In this document: piece after piece, positions 15,717 to 25,863 of the stretch | How positions within the stretch are numbered: position 1 is the first letter of the stretch | Layout: every line of letters begins with the position of its first letter | IMG/VR virus record: IMGVR_UViG_3300010236_000005 | Span: 1 to 37,254 of that record | DNA length: 37,254 nucleotides | Direction: 5' to 3' (one strand) | Source of the DNA: a virus | Program-made: the position numbers and the translations under genes | The notes under the pieces: model-generated | The model's database searches: none | What the model saw: only the letters and a program-made list of their open reading frames with translations | What the model was told of the DNA's origin: nothing

Positions 15717-16126
15717 GAGAGATTAAATTCAGGGTGTGGAGTTCAGAGTCTAAGAAGATGTATTTACCTAAGAAGGGTTGTGATTTCCTAGTAAGGATTG
15801 ATGGGGAATACTTTGTAGACGAAGATATAGTTGAGAATGTAGGACTAATATCAGTAAAGAGAGAGGACTATATTCTTATGCAATACACAGGACTAAAAGA
15901 CAAGAGTGGTCAGGAGATATACGAGTTGATGGAATTAAATGGAAAATATAAGGTTGTTTACATAGCACCATCATATGTCTTGTATGATATATCAACTGGT
16001 GATATAATAGAGTATGAAAAACAAAACAAATATGAGATTACTAGAGAATACTCGCCGTTACAGAAGAACGAAGAAAGGTGTATTGACGAATATATATTAC
16101 AAACAAAAGGAAAGAAGTATGATTAA
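15713..16126 (+). CDS. YopX-family protein
   Basis: IKFRVWSSESKKMY...LMQYTGLKDKSGQEIYE matches the YopX signature. Confidence 0.8.
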   Translation: MREIKFRVWSSESKKMYLPKKGCDFLVRIDGEYFVDEDIVENVGLISVKREDYILMQYTGLKDKSGQEIYELMELNGKYKVVYIAPSYVLYDISTGDIIEYEKQNKYEITREYSPLQKNEERCIDEYILQTKGKKYD

Positions 16127-16541
16127 AGGATATCCAGAACCAAACTATACACTTGGTGATTTGCACAATAAGTATTTAACAGATGGTAAATTTTCCAGGT
16201 TATACAATGAGTGGGTAAGAAGTGGATATCAAAAACAATATAAGCCAACGCTAGATAGAATTGATTGCAAGAAGCCATATTCATTAGATAATATACATCC
16301 GCTAAGTTGGGCAGAGAATAGGTATAAACAAAGGTGGGAGTTAAAAAGAACAAGGGCTAGAAAGGTGTTTATGTTGAAGGGGGATAATGTGGTTAAAGAG
16401 TTTAATAGTGTTACCGAAGCAGTTCGGAAGACGGGGCTACACCAGGGAAATATAAGTAGTTGTTTAAGTGGGAAAAGAAAGACAACTGGTGGCTACAAAT
16501 TCTCTTATGAGAACCCTAATTTGTTAAAGGAGGAGAAATGA
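16014..16541 (+). CDS. Degenerate HNH-like homing-endonuclease-type protein with a NUMOD1-like C-terminal DNA-binding motif
   Basis: LDRIDCKKPYSLDNIHPLSWAENRYK; VKEFNSVTEAVRKTGLHQGNISSCLSGKRKTTGGYKF. The long form overlaps yopX by 113 nt. An alternative ATG lies at 16119. Confidence 0.55.
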   Translation: MKNKTNMRLLENTRRYRRTKKGVLTNIYYKQKERSMIKGYPEPNYTLGDLHNKYLTDGKFSRLYNEWVRSGYQKQYKPTLDRIDCKKPYSLDNIHPLSWAENRYKQRWELKRTRARKVFMLKGDNVVKEFNSVTEAVRKTGLHQGNISSCLSGKRKTTGGYKFSYENPNLLKEEK

Positions 16542-16813
16542 ACAAGAAAGACATGCAAAATTATTGGGAGGAGTTGCAATACAGGGAAAAGAAGATTTTA
16601 GAGTTGAGGTTTGCCTTGAAGGGAAAACCCTTTCTAACATTACGAGAGGTTGCAGACGAGTTTGGGGTGACTAGGGAGAGGATTAGGCAAATTGAAGCGA
16701 AGGGGCTAAAGAGGGTGGGGTGGAGGATGATAAAGGATGGGAGAATAAAGGATTTTGGTGAGTTTAGAGAGGAAATTAAACAGTTAAGAAAAGTTGCGAA
16801 GGAGGAGAAATGA
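16538..16813 (+). CDS. Sigma-70 region-4-only domain protein (candidate late-gene regulator or host-RNAP modulator)
   Basis: ILELRFALKGKPFLTLREVADEFGVTRERIRQIEAKGLKRV is a clear region 4.2 HTH signature. At 91 aa there is no region 2. Confidence 0.75.
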   Translation: MNKKDMQNYWEELQYREKKILELRFALKGKPFLTLREVADEFGVTRERIRQIEAKGLKRVGWRMIKDGRIKDFGEFREEIKQLRKVAKEEK

Positions 16814-16917
16814 TAATAACACTACTAATAGTTTGGTTGCTAAGTGCATTGTTTAATATTCCGTTTTGGACAATGCTGTTAATAACAGTTTTAATTTTAA
16901 TTTTATTTAGGAGATAA
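16810..16917 (+). CDS. Candidate 35-aa two-helix hydrophobic micro-ORF (MIITLLIVWLLSALFNIPFWTMLLITVLILILFRR)
   Basis: Hand translation. ATGA overlap with the upstream stop; it ends 1 nt before the next ATG and fills the whole gap. Confidence 0.45.
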   Translation: MIITLLIVWLLSALFNIPFWTMLLITVLILILFRR

Positions 16918-16918
16918 C

Positions 16919-17146
16919 ATGATAGAGAAAGAAGGCAAGAAATACTACTCCATGAACGAGGTCAGTAGAATGACGGGTGTTCATCTCATAACAGTCTACA
17001 GGAGAGCCAGGACACGAGATGTTGAGGTTATTGAGCACGAGGGCAAGAAATATCTGAGTGAAGATTCATTTGATATAATAAAGAAAGTAGGAAGCCCTGG
17101 AAGACCTCCAAAAGAGGAGATTGACAAAGCGGTCGATATAGGTTAA
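16919..17146 (+). CDS. Excisionase/MerR-like helix-turn-helix DNA-binding protein
   Basis: YYSMNEVSRMTGVHLITVYRRARTRDV. Confidence 0.55.
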   Translation: MIEKEGKKYYSMNEVSRMTGVHLITVYRRARTRDVEVIEHEGKKYLSEDSFDIIKKVGSPGRPPKEEIDKAVDIG

Positions 17147-17175
17147 ATTACTTAATAACGTTTCAAAATCTAGAA

Positions 17176-17766
17176 ATGCCCCGAAAGCCGAGCAAGAAGA
17201 CATATAAAAAGAATTGGAGAAAGTACAATGACTTGTCTGGGAGAAAGTTTGGAAGGCTACTGGTTATAGAAAGAGATTCCTCAAAAGAACACCCCCGACC
17301 TTATTACAGATGTTTGTGTGACTGTGGAAATGAAGTCGTGGTCTGTGGTACTTCCTTAACAAGAAGGAGGGGTTTTTCTAGGAGCTGTGGATGCTGGAAT
17401 CGAGACTCAAAGAGGCTTTTGGAGGGTGAGGCTTGTCGTAATGCCTTACTAAGGAGCTACAAGAACTCTGCAAGGAAAAGGGGCTTATCATTTGAGTTAA
17501 CAAGGGAAGAATTTTTCAAAATAACATCTAAAGACTGCTTTTATTGTGGGGGGGAACCATCCTCTACTTATAGGAAACACAGGGGTTATGGTACTCATAT
17601 TTACAATGGGATAGATAGGGTGAACAATAAAGTCGGTTATACACTGAAGAATTGTGTTTCGTGCTGTTCGATTTGTAATCTGATGAAAAGGAACCTAACT
17701 CTCCAAGACTTTCTTGAGCACATTGAAAATATTTATAATGAACAAGTGATATGGGAGGAAAAGTAA
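17176..17766 (+). CDS. HNH-like nuclease with an N-terminal Cys-rich domain
   Basis: GRKFGRLLVIERD...YYRCLCDCGNEVVV and IDRVNNKVGYTLKNCVSCCSICNLMK. Confidence 0.55.
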   Translation: MPRKPSKKTYKKNWRKYNDLSGRKFGRLLVIERDSSKEHPRPYYRCLCDCGNEVVVCGTSLTRRRGFSRSCGCWNRDSKRLLEGEACRNALLRSYKNSARKRGLSFELTREEFFKITSKDCFYCGGEPSSTYRKHRGYGTHIYNGIDRVNNKVGYTLKNCVSCCSICNLMKRNLTLQDFLEHIENIYNEQVIWEEK

Positions 17767-18137
17767 CTAAAACATCGACAGGGAAGAGACTTGACAGGTT
17801 GTGGTCAAAGGTTGTTAGGGAACAGGCTGGAAATAAATGTGAGGTTTGTGGAGTAAGTGGAGATGTTAAGGTTTTAAATGCCCATCATTATATAGGAAGA
17901 AAGAACAAGAGGTTGCGATGGGAGTTGTTTAATGGAGTTAGTTTGTGTTATCAGCACCATGTAGGGGGAAAGGAGAGTGCCCATGAAGACATAGAGTGGT
18001 GGAAAAAGTGGTTTAAAGAGAACAGGGGGGAGGATCTCAAGTTAATTATGAGTGTAAAGGATGAAATCCAGAAGTGGACTATTGAAGACATGAAAGAAAA
18101 GTTAAAAGAATTAGAGGAGGAGTTAGAATCTAGTTAA
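17751..18137 (+). CDS. HNH/Zn-finger nuclease-like protein (NinG/Ref-like pattern)
   Basis: NKCEVCGVSGDVKVLNAHHYIGRKN...NGVSLCYQHHVGGKESAHED. Confidence 0.5.
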   Translation: MGGKVTKTSTGKRLDRLWSKVVREQAGNKCEVCGVSGDVKVLNAHHYIGRKNKRLRWELFNGVSLCYQHHVGGKESAHEDIEWWKKWFKENRGEDLKLIMSVKDEIQKWTIEDMKEKLKELEEELESS

Positions 18138-18154
18138 TTTTAGTTTCTGCCCAA

Positions 18155-18499
18155 ATGAATAAGACCGAGGCCCGTTTTAGCACAAGTAGCGAGGGGATAG
18201 CTTCTTTTATGCTATGGCACTCGGTTTATCCTGACAAGCTTGCAGAACTCTCTACTGGTCCGGTATTGCTTTTCTTTAAGGACAAAGACTACAATGGTAT
18301 AATATACAAGTACTGGAAGGGTGAGGCCATACCAATGTGTGAAATGGCGGAATGCCTAGCAGTAGTCCAGAAGATATTTAGACTAGGCACAATAGACAAT
18401 GATTGGTTCTTTGATATGTGGGACGAGATATACGATATAAGAGGAGACTACAAAGACCAGGGCAACCTAAGCTTACTAGAAGAAGACGATGACGATTAG
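18155..18499 (+). CDS. Hypothetical protein with a poly-acidic C-terminus
   Basis: 114-aa ORF ending LLEEDDDD. Confidence 0.45.
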   Translation: MNKTEARFSTSSEGIASFMLWHSVYPDKLAELSTGPVLLFFKDKDYNGIIYKYWKGEAIPMCEMAECLAVVQKIFRLGTIDNDWFFDMWDEIYDIRGDYKDQGNLSLLEEDDDD

Positions 18500-18638
18500 T
18501 AAATCATTTACAAGAGATATATACGACCCAGAGAGAAGAAAGAAATACTTAGAAAACTACGAGAGAATCTTTGGTAAAAAGGATAAGTTAGGAGAAGAAC
18601 TACATGAAGAAGTTAAAAAGAAGCAGAAGAGTAAATAA
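18489..18638 (+). CDS. Candidate 49-aa Lys-rich small protein (MTISKSFTRDIYDPERRKKYLENYERIFGKKDKL...)
   Basis: Hand translation. It overlaps the upstream stop by 11 nt and fills an otherwise empty 155-bp gap. Confidence 0.4.
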   Translation: MTISKSFTRDIYDPERRKKYLENYERIFGKKDKLGEELHEEVKKKQKSK

Positions 18639-18654
18639 CCTATAGTTCCAAACA

Positions 18655-18960
18655 ATGGCAAATACAGAAGTGCAAAGAAAAAGTGAAAACAAGGGGATAC
18701 AGACTACTGTTGATAGGGAGTTCTTTGTTCTTTATTGTGAAGAGAGGAATCAACTCAAGAAGAGCATGGACAACCTTATTGACTTAGCAGACAATGCGGA
18801 AGACCCAAGGATAAGGGCAGACGCTAACAAGTATATAATCAGTCAGTTAATAGGTAATGCTAAACAGGCAACGGAGATAGACTCTGTAGGTGGAGTAGAG
18901 ATTATAGTTAAGTCGGGGATTTTAGATGACAAGAATAAAGACAAAACAGATAAGTCTTAA
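18655..18960 (+). CDS. Putative small terminase subunit
   Basis: 101-aa ORF directly upstream of the large terminase, overlapping it by 35 nt. The call is positional only. Confidence 0.4.
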   Translation: MANTEVQRKSENKGIQTTVDREFFVLYCEERNQLKKSMDNLIDLADNAEDPRIRADANKYIISQLIGNAKQATEIDSVGGVEIIVKSGILDDKNKDKTDKS

Positions 18961-20302
18961 TCTGTGGTATCCAGAGTTTATCAAACCTGCTTTACAGGAC
19001 ACTTCTCATATAACAGTAATTCCAGCAGGGAGACAGATAGGAAAGACTTACAACACAGCCCAGTGGTTAATAGACGAAACTATGAAGATAGGGGAGCAAA
19101 CCTTGTGGGTTGATACTGTGCATGGGAATATTGACAAGTATGTTCAGAGGATATTTTTACCAATACTAAAGCCTGTTCTCAAGTATGTGAAGTGGAACGA
19201 GCAAAAGAAGATATTGGAGTTGCCAAGGGGAGGGATAGACTTTGGTTCTTCTCAGAAACCTGAAAACCTAGAAGGATTTAACTATCCACGATCAGTTCTT
19301 AATGAGGCTGGACATATTCTTAAAAAAGAGTCTCTTTGGTATAACACCCTTGGGGCCATGATTAAGGATACTAACAATCAGACTAAGGTTATAGGGACTC
19401 CAAAGGGGAGAGGATTGTTCTCTAAACTCTATGAGAAAGGGTTAGCAAAAGAAGACGGCTATGCTTCCTACAGATATACTGTTTACGATTCTCCATTCTG
19501 GACACAGGAGCAGATAGAAGACTTGAGGTTAGTTACCCCAGCAGCGATATTTAACCAAGAGTATTTAGCTTCTTTCGAAGACTTTGTAGGGCTTATTTAC
19601 CCCGACTTCAATCACGAGAGGCACATGACTTCCTACCCTGAAAAGGATGTAAGAGATATATATTTCATTGGTATTGATATAGGATGGACTAACCCAACTG
19701 CGATACTTCTAATGAAAGAAGATATAAACCACAACCTTTATGTGTTAGACGAGATACAGGACGTTTCCCTTGACGCTGCTGGAATATCCAGACAAATACA
19801 AGCTATTCTTGTTAGAAACAATGTGAAGAAGCCAGACATAAGCTCCTTCATTATTGACCCAGCAAGTAGGAAGACAGAAAGCACAAGCACTATGTCTATC
19901 TTTGACCAGTTAGTAGAGGAAGGTTGGCCATTAGTATCTGGGAACAATGATGTGTTAGCAGGTATCAGTAGGGTAACAAGACTACTAAAAGAAAACAAAC
20001 TATTCTTTACTAATAAGTGCGAGAAGTTAAGGCAGGAGATAGAGGAGTATCATTGGAAAGAAGTCCCAGAAGACTCAGACCAGGACAGGAATAGGCCGTT
20101 TAAGGTTAAGGATCATAGTTTAGATGCGATGAGGTATATCGTAATGAGCAGACCAGACTACTTCGAGCACCCAAGACTAGACGATTACGGAAGGGTTATT
20201 AGTGATACAGAAGACATTACATACCAAGACCCAGAGCAAGACGATGTTATTGACTTTTTAGACGAGGGTGGAGACTTAATGGAGGACGGAGGTTCAATTT
20301 AC

Positions 20303-20305
<3 letters not shown>
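18926..20305 (+). CDS. terL: Terminase large subunit
   Basis: Walker A-like VIPAGRQIGKTY. Nuclease-domain motifs IGIDIGWTNPTA and VKDHSLDAMRYIV. 459 aa. Confidence 0.9.
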
Positions 20306-21612
<1,307 letters not shown>

Positions 21613-21615
<3 letters not shown>

Positions 21616-21621
21616 TATAAT
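21613..21621 (+). promoter_or_regulatory. Extended -10 promoter TGATATAAT, 7 nt upstream of the ATG at 21629 (leaderless configuration)
   Basis: Overlaps the methyltransferase stop codon. Confidence 0.5.
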
Positions 21622-21628
21622 TATATAT

Positions 21629-21865
21629 ATGGAACTAATGTTAGCAATCATAGCAGGAATAGCGGTGTTGGGCTTAATAGCCATGGGAATTGTTATTGTT
21701 ATTACTTCTAAACAGGAAAGAGAGAGTTTACACCAGTTAATTAAGAGTAAGGATTTGGTAGAGTATGTATCAGCACAGGACGATGAGGATGAAGAACCAG
21801 AGGAGCCAGAGGTAGAGATAGACATTACAGACATACCAGTTTTAACAGAAGAATCGAGGGAATAA
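21629..21865 (+). CDS. Small membrane protein: N-terminal TM helix plus a poly-acidic tail
   Basis: LAIIAGIAVLGLIAMGIVIVITS followed by DDEDEEPEEPEVEIDITD. Confidence 0.5.
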   Translation: MELMLAIIAGIAVLGLIAMGIVIVITSKQERESLHQLIKSKDLVEYVSAQDDEDEEPEEPEVEIDITDIPVLTEESRE

Positions 21866-21881
21866 GTTTACATAAAGAGCT

Positions 21882-23609
21882 ATGGCAATTAAAGACGCTG
21901 TTAAGGGCTTAATGGGAAAGCCAGAAAGGGAGAGCGAGGAGCAATACGACGAAACATACTGGTTAGAATACACAGACGCCAAGTTTCAAGAGAGCAAGAA
22001 TTTTAGGAGTTCTAACATTGAGCGACAGTGGTTTATCAATGACGCTTATTACAGAGGGTGGCATAATGTTAAGTACAACAAGGACACAGGCAAACTCAGT
22101 TGGGGTAGTAAAGACCCATTGGACTTTCAGATTAACCAGGTGTATTCCATTTGTAGGGCTATTAGGGGTGCTGTAACAAGGACTCAGCCTACATGGGATG
22201 TTGACGCTTTGCCTTACGCTACCGTTGAGCCAGAATCTTCACAAGTATTGGGACAGTATTTAGCCTTTGTTTATGACAAGTTAAGAATGAAGCAGTTAGT
22301 TAAGAAGGCTGTTTTATTTGGTTTGCTTTATGGACAGGGAATATTCCAGTATGGTTACGACGCAGAAGCAGACAATGGGGAAGGATTGCCATGGGTGCAA
22401 GTCCTAGACCCATTTGACACATATATTGACCCTTACGCTACGGATATAAGGAATGCAAGGTATGTGGTTAAAGTAATATCAAGACCTAAAGAGATAGTAG
22501 AGCAGAATCCTAACTACGACCAGGAAGCTATAAAAGACTTATCCTCAACAAACAAGACTTCCGAGAGTATGTATAAGGAGCTTATTAACACTAACACTAA
22601 TGACACTACAGCCACAGGAGATAATATGTTACTTCACGAAACATGGTGTGTTACCAAGGAGGGTATAAGAGTAATAACAACCTGTGACGGAAAGATACTA
22701 AGAAATGAATTGACCAACTTTAAGAAGCTACCTTTTGAGTTATACTTCCCAGACATTAACCTCAACGAGATTTATGGGGAAGGTTGGGTTAAGAACATAG
22801 TGCCTCTAAATAAGGCATTAAATTACTTAGAGAAGTCTATACTCGAATACAACATACTCTTTAGTAAGGGTAAGTATATAACCGACAGTAATTCGGGCAT
22901 TAAGATAATCAATAACAAGAACGGGCAGATACTAAGGCACAAACCAGGACACAACATACAGCAGATGGACATGAAGCCGATGAGTTCAACGCCATTCAAG
23001 CAAATAGACAACCTGAAGGATTATATGCAAAACATAGGAGCGGCTCACGAGGCGTTTATGGGTAAAGCTCCTCAGGGAGTAACAGCAGGGATAGCCTTTG
23101 ACACTCTAGTAGCTAACGCTTACACCAACATAGTAGACTTAATAGACAACCTAGCCGACTCTTTAAGCAGACTTGGGGAAGATATATTGAATCTAGGTTA
23201 TGACTACCAGTTGATTACCAAGCCATTCAGAACAGAAACAGGAGATGTTTACTCAGTTATTAGTGGACAAGTGGAGGAAGTACCAGAAGGGGTAGTAGAG
23301 ATACCAAGAAACCCAGAGGTTAAGGTCAAGATAACAGGCGGTATTTCACACACTAAGGAGGGCAAGAGAGAGATTCTAACCATGTTAAGAGGTGGAGGTG
23401 ATATAAGTAGACAGACACTACTACAGAACTTTGACATAGACCCAGAAGAAGAGAAGACCAGACTTATGCAGGAGAAAATGGAAATGATGGAAATGGCTAT
23501 GGCTCAGGAGCAGATGATGGCCCCACAAGGACCACCCCCAGTAGAGGGAGTAGCCCCTGAAATGGAGCAACAGATACCACCAGAGAGTGAATTGACAGCG
23601 GGATTATAA
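21882..23609 (+). CDS. Portal protein
   Basis: 575 aa, positioned between terminase and scaffold/capsid. Met/Glu/Gln-rich C-terminal tail. The call rests on synteny and size. Confidence 0.7.
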   Translation: MAIKDAVKGLMGKPERESEEQYDETYWLEYTDAKFQESKNFRSSNIERQWFINDAYYRGWHNVKYNKDTGKLSWGSKDPLDFQINQVYSICRAIRGAVTRTQPTWDVDALPYATVEPESSQVLGQYLAFVYDKLRMKQLVKKAVLFGLLYGQGIFQYGYDAEADNGEGLPWVQVLDPFDTYIDPYATDIRNARYVVKVISRPKEIVEQNPNYDQEAIKDLSSTNKTSESMYKELINTNTNDTTATGDNMLLHETWCVTKEGIRVITTCDGKILRNELTNFKKLPFELYFPDINLNEIYGEGWVKNIVPLNKALNYLEKSILEYNILFSKGKYITDSNSGIKIINNKNGQILRHKPGHNIQQMDMKPMSSTPFKQIDNLKDYMQNIGAAHEAFMGKAPQGVTAGIAFDTLVANAYTNIVDLIDNLADSLSRLGEDILNLGYDYQLITKPFRTETGDVYSVISGQVEEVPEGVVEIPRNPEVKVKITGGISHTKEGKREILTMLRGGGDISRQTLLQNFDIDPEEEKTRLMQEKMEMMEMAMAQEQMMAPQGPPPVEGVAPEMEQQIPPESELTAGL

Positions 23610-23675
23610 GAAAACTTGTGATTTTTGCGTAGGGGGTCTTCCTCGAACCCCCTGCACAAGGCTCATAAGTGCCTA

Positions 23676-23684
23676 TGCTATAAT
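23676..23684 (+). promoter_or_regulatory. Extended -10 promoter TGCTATAAT upstream of the scaffold and capsid genes
   Basis: TGnTATAAT in a 158-bp spacer. A 9-bp hairpin (23629..23655) lies upstream. Confidence 0.5.
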
Positions 23685-23767
23685 AGTGTATAGGTCACAA
23701 GCCTAGTTCTTTATATAATTTTATCCACCTAATTCGTCACTGAAGACGTTAAAATGTAGGTATATTT

Positions 23768-24523
23768 ATGGATAATGAGGTAAATGATGTAAACACAGTA
23801 GAGCAAACTACTGACTCCTCATCAGAGTTAGAACAAACACCACAGGAAGATACTTCCATTTCTGCTGAAGAGCAGTCAAACACTCAAGTATCTGAAGGTG
23901 ATGAAAATGTCACGGATTCTTTAGAGAAAAAGAAGATTCCTTATGACAGGTTTCAAGAGAAGGTCCAGGAGCTCAATTCTATGAAAGAGCAAATGGCCGA
24001 ACTCAAGGCAAAGGCAGAAATAGCGGACAGGCTAAGTCAGGCTGTTAATCCTCAGGTAAATTCTCCTGAGCAACAAGCAAGACAAAGGCAACTGGACGCA
24101 GCCAGAAAAGAGCTTGAGGCTATGGGTTACGTTGACGAGACTAAGGTCGACCAACTAGTAGAGCAAAAGCTGAATGCGTACAAATGGCAAGAGAGGTTCG
24201 TTAATCAAATGGACTCTTTAGCTAAGAAGTACACAGGTAAAGATGGGGGTCCTAAATTTGAGGCTGAAGAAGTCGCCAAGTTTATGGACGAGCAAATGGC
24301 AAGAGGGAATCAGATAACTGATCCTGAAGTGGCATTTAAGCTCATGAATCTTGACCAGATAGCAGACAGCAAAGCTAAGGCCCAGAAGTCAAGCACTTAC
24401 AGCGAATCGCCTGGCAAACCGATTCATTCAGAAACGGACCAGAGGAAAGCTGATTTGGAAGCCGCTGCCAAAACTGGGAAGATATCGGAGTTCTTGAAAA
24501 AGTACGCCGCTCCCAGCGAATAA
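23768..24523 (+). CDS. Scaffolding protein (putative)
   Basis: Acidic N-terminus, helical Lys/Glu/Gln-rich body, located between the portal and major capsid genes. Confidence 0.55.
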   Translation: MDNEVNDVNTVEQTTDSSSELEQTPQEDTSISAEEQSNTQVSEGDENVTDSLEKKKIPYDRFQEKVQELNSMKEQMAELKAKAEIADRLSQAVNPQVNSPEQQARQRQLDAARKELEAMGYVDETKVDQLVEQKLNAYKWQERFVNQMDSLAKKYTGKDGGPKFEAEEVAKFMDEQMARGNQITDPEVAFKLMNLDQIADSKAKAQKSSTYSESPGKPIHSETDQRKADLEAAAKTGKISEFLKKYAAPSE

Positions 24524-24553
24524 TCGAGGCTTTAATTTTAGAATTTGGTTCAA

Positions 24554-25432
24554 ATGGCAGACTTTACAACATACGACAAGACCACGAACCATGAAGACCT
24601 AACTGACGTTTTAGTCACAATGGGACAGATGAAGAACCCCATGTTCTCCAATCTCCCTAAGGTTAAGGCAAAGAGTGTTCTTCATGAATGGCCAATTGAC
24701 TCCTATGCAGACGCAGCTGACAATGCACAGACTGAAGGTTTTTCCTACAGTTTTGCTTCATTAACAGCTCCTACTAGAGGTCAAAACTACACACAGATAT
24801 TTGCAAAAGATGGAAAAGTTACCAAGACTCAAAGAGCAGTAGACCCAGCAGGGTACAAAGATGAGTACGCTTATCAGGTAGAGAAAGCTCTTAAAGAGAT
24901 TGGTAGAGACATCGAAAAAGCTCTTATCAATGGTAGTGCGGCCGGTAGTGGTACAACAGGAACAGCTAGAACTTTGAAAGGTATCCTCGCTTGGATAACC
25001 TCCAACGTTTCTACTGGAACCGGAACAGGAAGGGACATCGAAGAGGCTGAGTTAAATAGCTTACTTGCTGATATTTATGCAGCAGGTGGTGATCCTGACA
25101 CCATTTTAGTAGCTCCTAAACAGAGAAACAAAATGGGAGACTTGTTCGAGAGTTCAAGGCAGTTCGTAGACAGTGTAAAGACTTTCACATCTGCAATCGC
25201 AGTTTATGAATCCAACTTTGGTATGATGCAAGTAGTAACGGATATTCAAATGCCTAACTCAGTAATTGCTGTGTTAGACTCAAGCACTTGGAAGATTCCA
25301 CAACTACGACCAGTAGCAAAGGAAGAGACAGCTAAGGTTTCAGACGGTGACGGATTTGTAGTAGTCGGTGAATTGACATTAGCTTCTTACGCAGAGAAGT
25401 ACAATGGACAAATCACAGGACTCGCATCCTAA
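24554..25432 (+). CDS. Major capsid protein (HK97 fold; resembles the DUF5309/SU10-type capsid family)
   Basis: HEDLTDVLV...PMFSNLPKVKAKSVLHEWPIDSYA...EGF...NYTQIF...TLKGILAWI... pattern. The ATG at 24554 is preferred to the ORF-track TTG at 24545. Confidence 0.8.
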   Translation: MADFTTYDKTTNHEDLTDVLVTMGQMKNPMFSNLPKVKAKSVLHEWPIDSYADAADNAQTEGFSYSFASLTAPTRGQNYTQIFAKDGKVTKTQRAVDPAGYKDEYAYQVEKALKEIGRDIEKALINGSAAGSGTTGTARTLKGILAWITSNVSTGTGTGRDIEEAELNSLLADIYAAGGDPDTILVAPKQRNKMGDLFESSRQFVDSVKTFTSAIAVYESNFGMMQVVTDIQMPNSVIAVLDSSTWKIPQLRPVAKEETAKVSDGDGFVVVGELTLASYAEKYNGQITGLAS

Positions 25433-25444
25433 TAGTCTTACTAA

Positions 25445-25468
25445 GGTGAGGGGCTTCGGCCCCTTGCC
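25445..25468 (+). terminator. Stable UUCG-tetraloop hairpin after the capsid gene (partial terminator or mRNA stabiliser)
   Basis: 10-bp stem (2 G-U) GGTGAGGGGC-TTCG-GCCCCTTGCC. The downstream tract is only weakly U-rich. Confidence 0.5.
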
Positions 25469-25491
25469 AGTCTTAATTTAGAGGAAGTATC

Positions 25492-25845
25492 ATGGCAAAA
25501 ACAGAGGAAATACTAGAATCAATCGCCCCGAAAAACGACAGGGAGCGACTCATTTTCAAAGAAGCAATACAAAACATAGTAAGGAAATTAGACAACCAGA
25601 ACAAGAAAATGGTTGACAACAACATTCCCTTATTTAAAGCTAACTACAAGCAGAGGAAGGGTGGCGACGGCTTTTCAAACGACAGGGAAATGCGGTTGGT
25701 TGCAGTAATTCCTACTGAAATGGCTACAATAGCTAAAAAGATGTACGGAGACGATGTGTTAACTAACAAGGCTAAGTTTAGAGAAGCCTTTGTTAAAAAC
25801 GAAGAGGGTAGGTATTGTTTAACAGTTGACCCTAAAAGTATATAA
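25492..25845 (+). CDS. Hypothetical head-module protein
   Basis: 117-aa ORF with an SD (GAGGAAG). No motif recognised. Confidence 0.5.
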   Translation: MAKTEEILESIAPKNDRERLIFKEAIQNIVRKLDNQNKKMVDNNIPLFKANYKQRKGGDGFSNDREMRLVAVIPTEMATIAKKMYGDDVLTNKAKFREAFVKNEEGRYCLTVDPKSI

Positions 25846-25863
25846 CTTAAATCGAGGAAACTC

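Noticed and set aside
23629-23655. Hairpin (AGGGGGT / ACCCCCT) after the portal gene, considered as an intrinsic terminator
   Set aside because: The T-run lies upstream of the stem, not downstream, and no U-tract follows on either strand. It is kept only as an unexplained stable hairpin next to the 23676 promoter.
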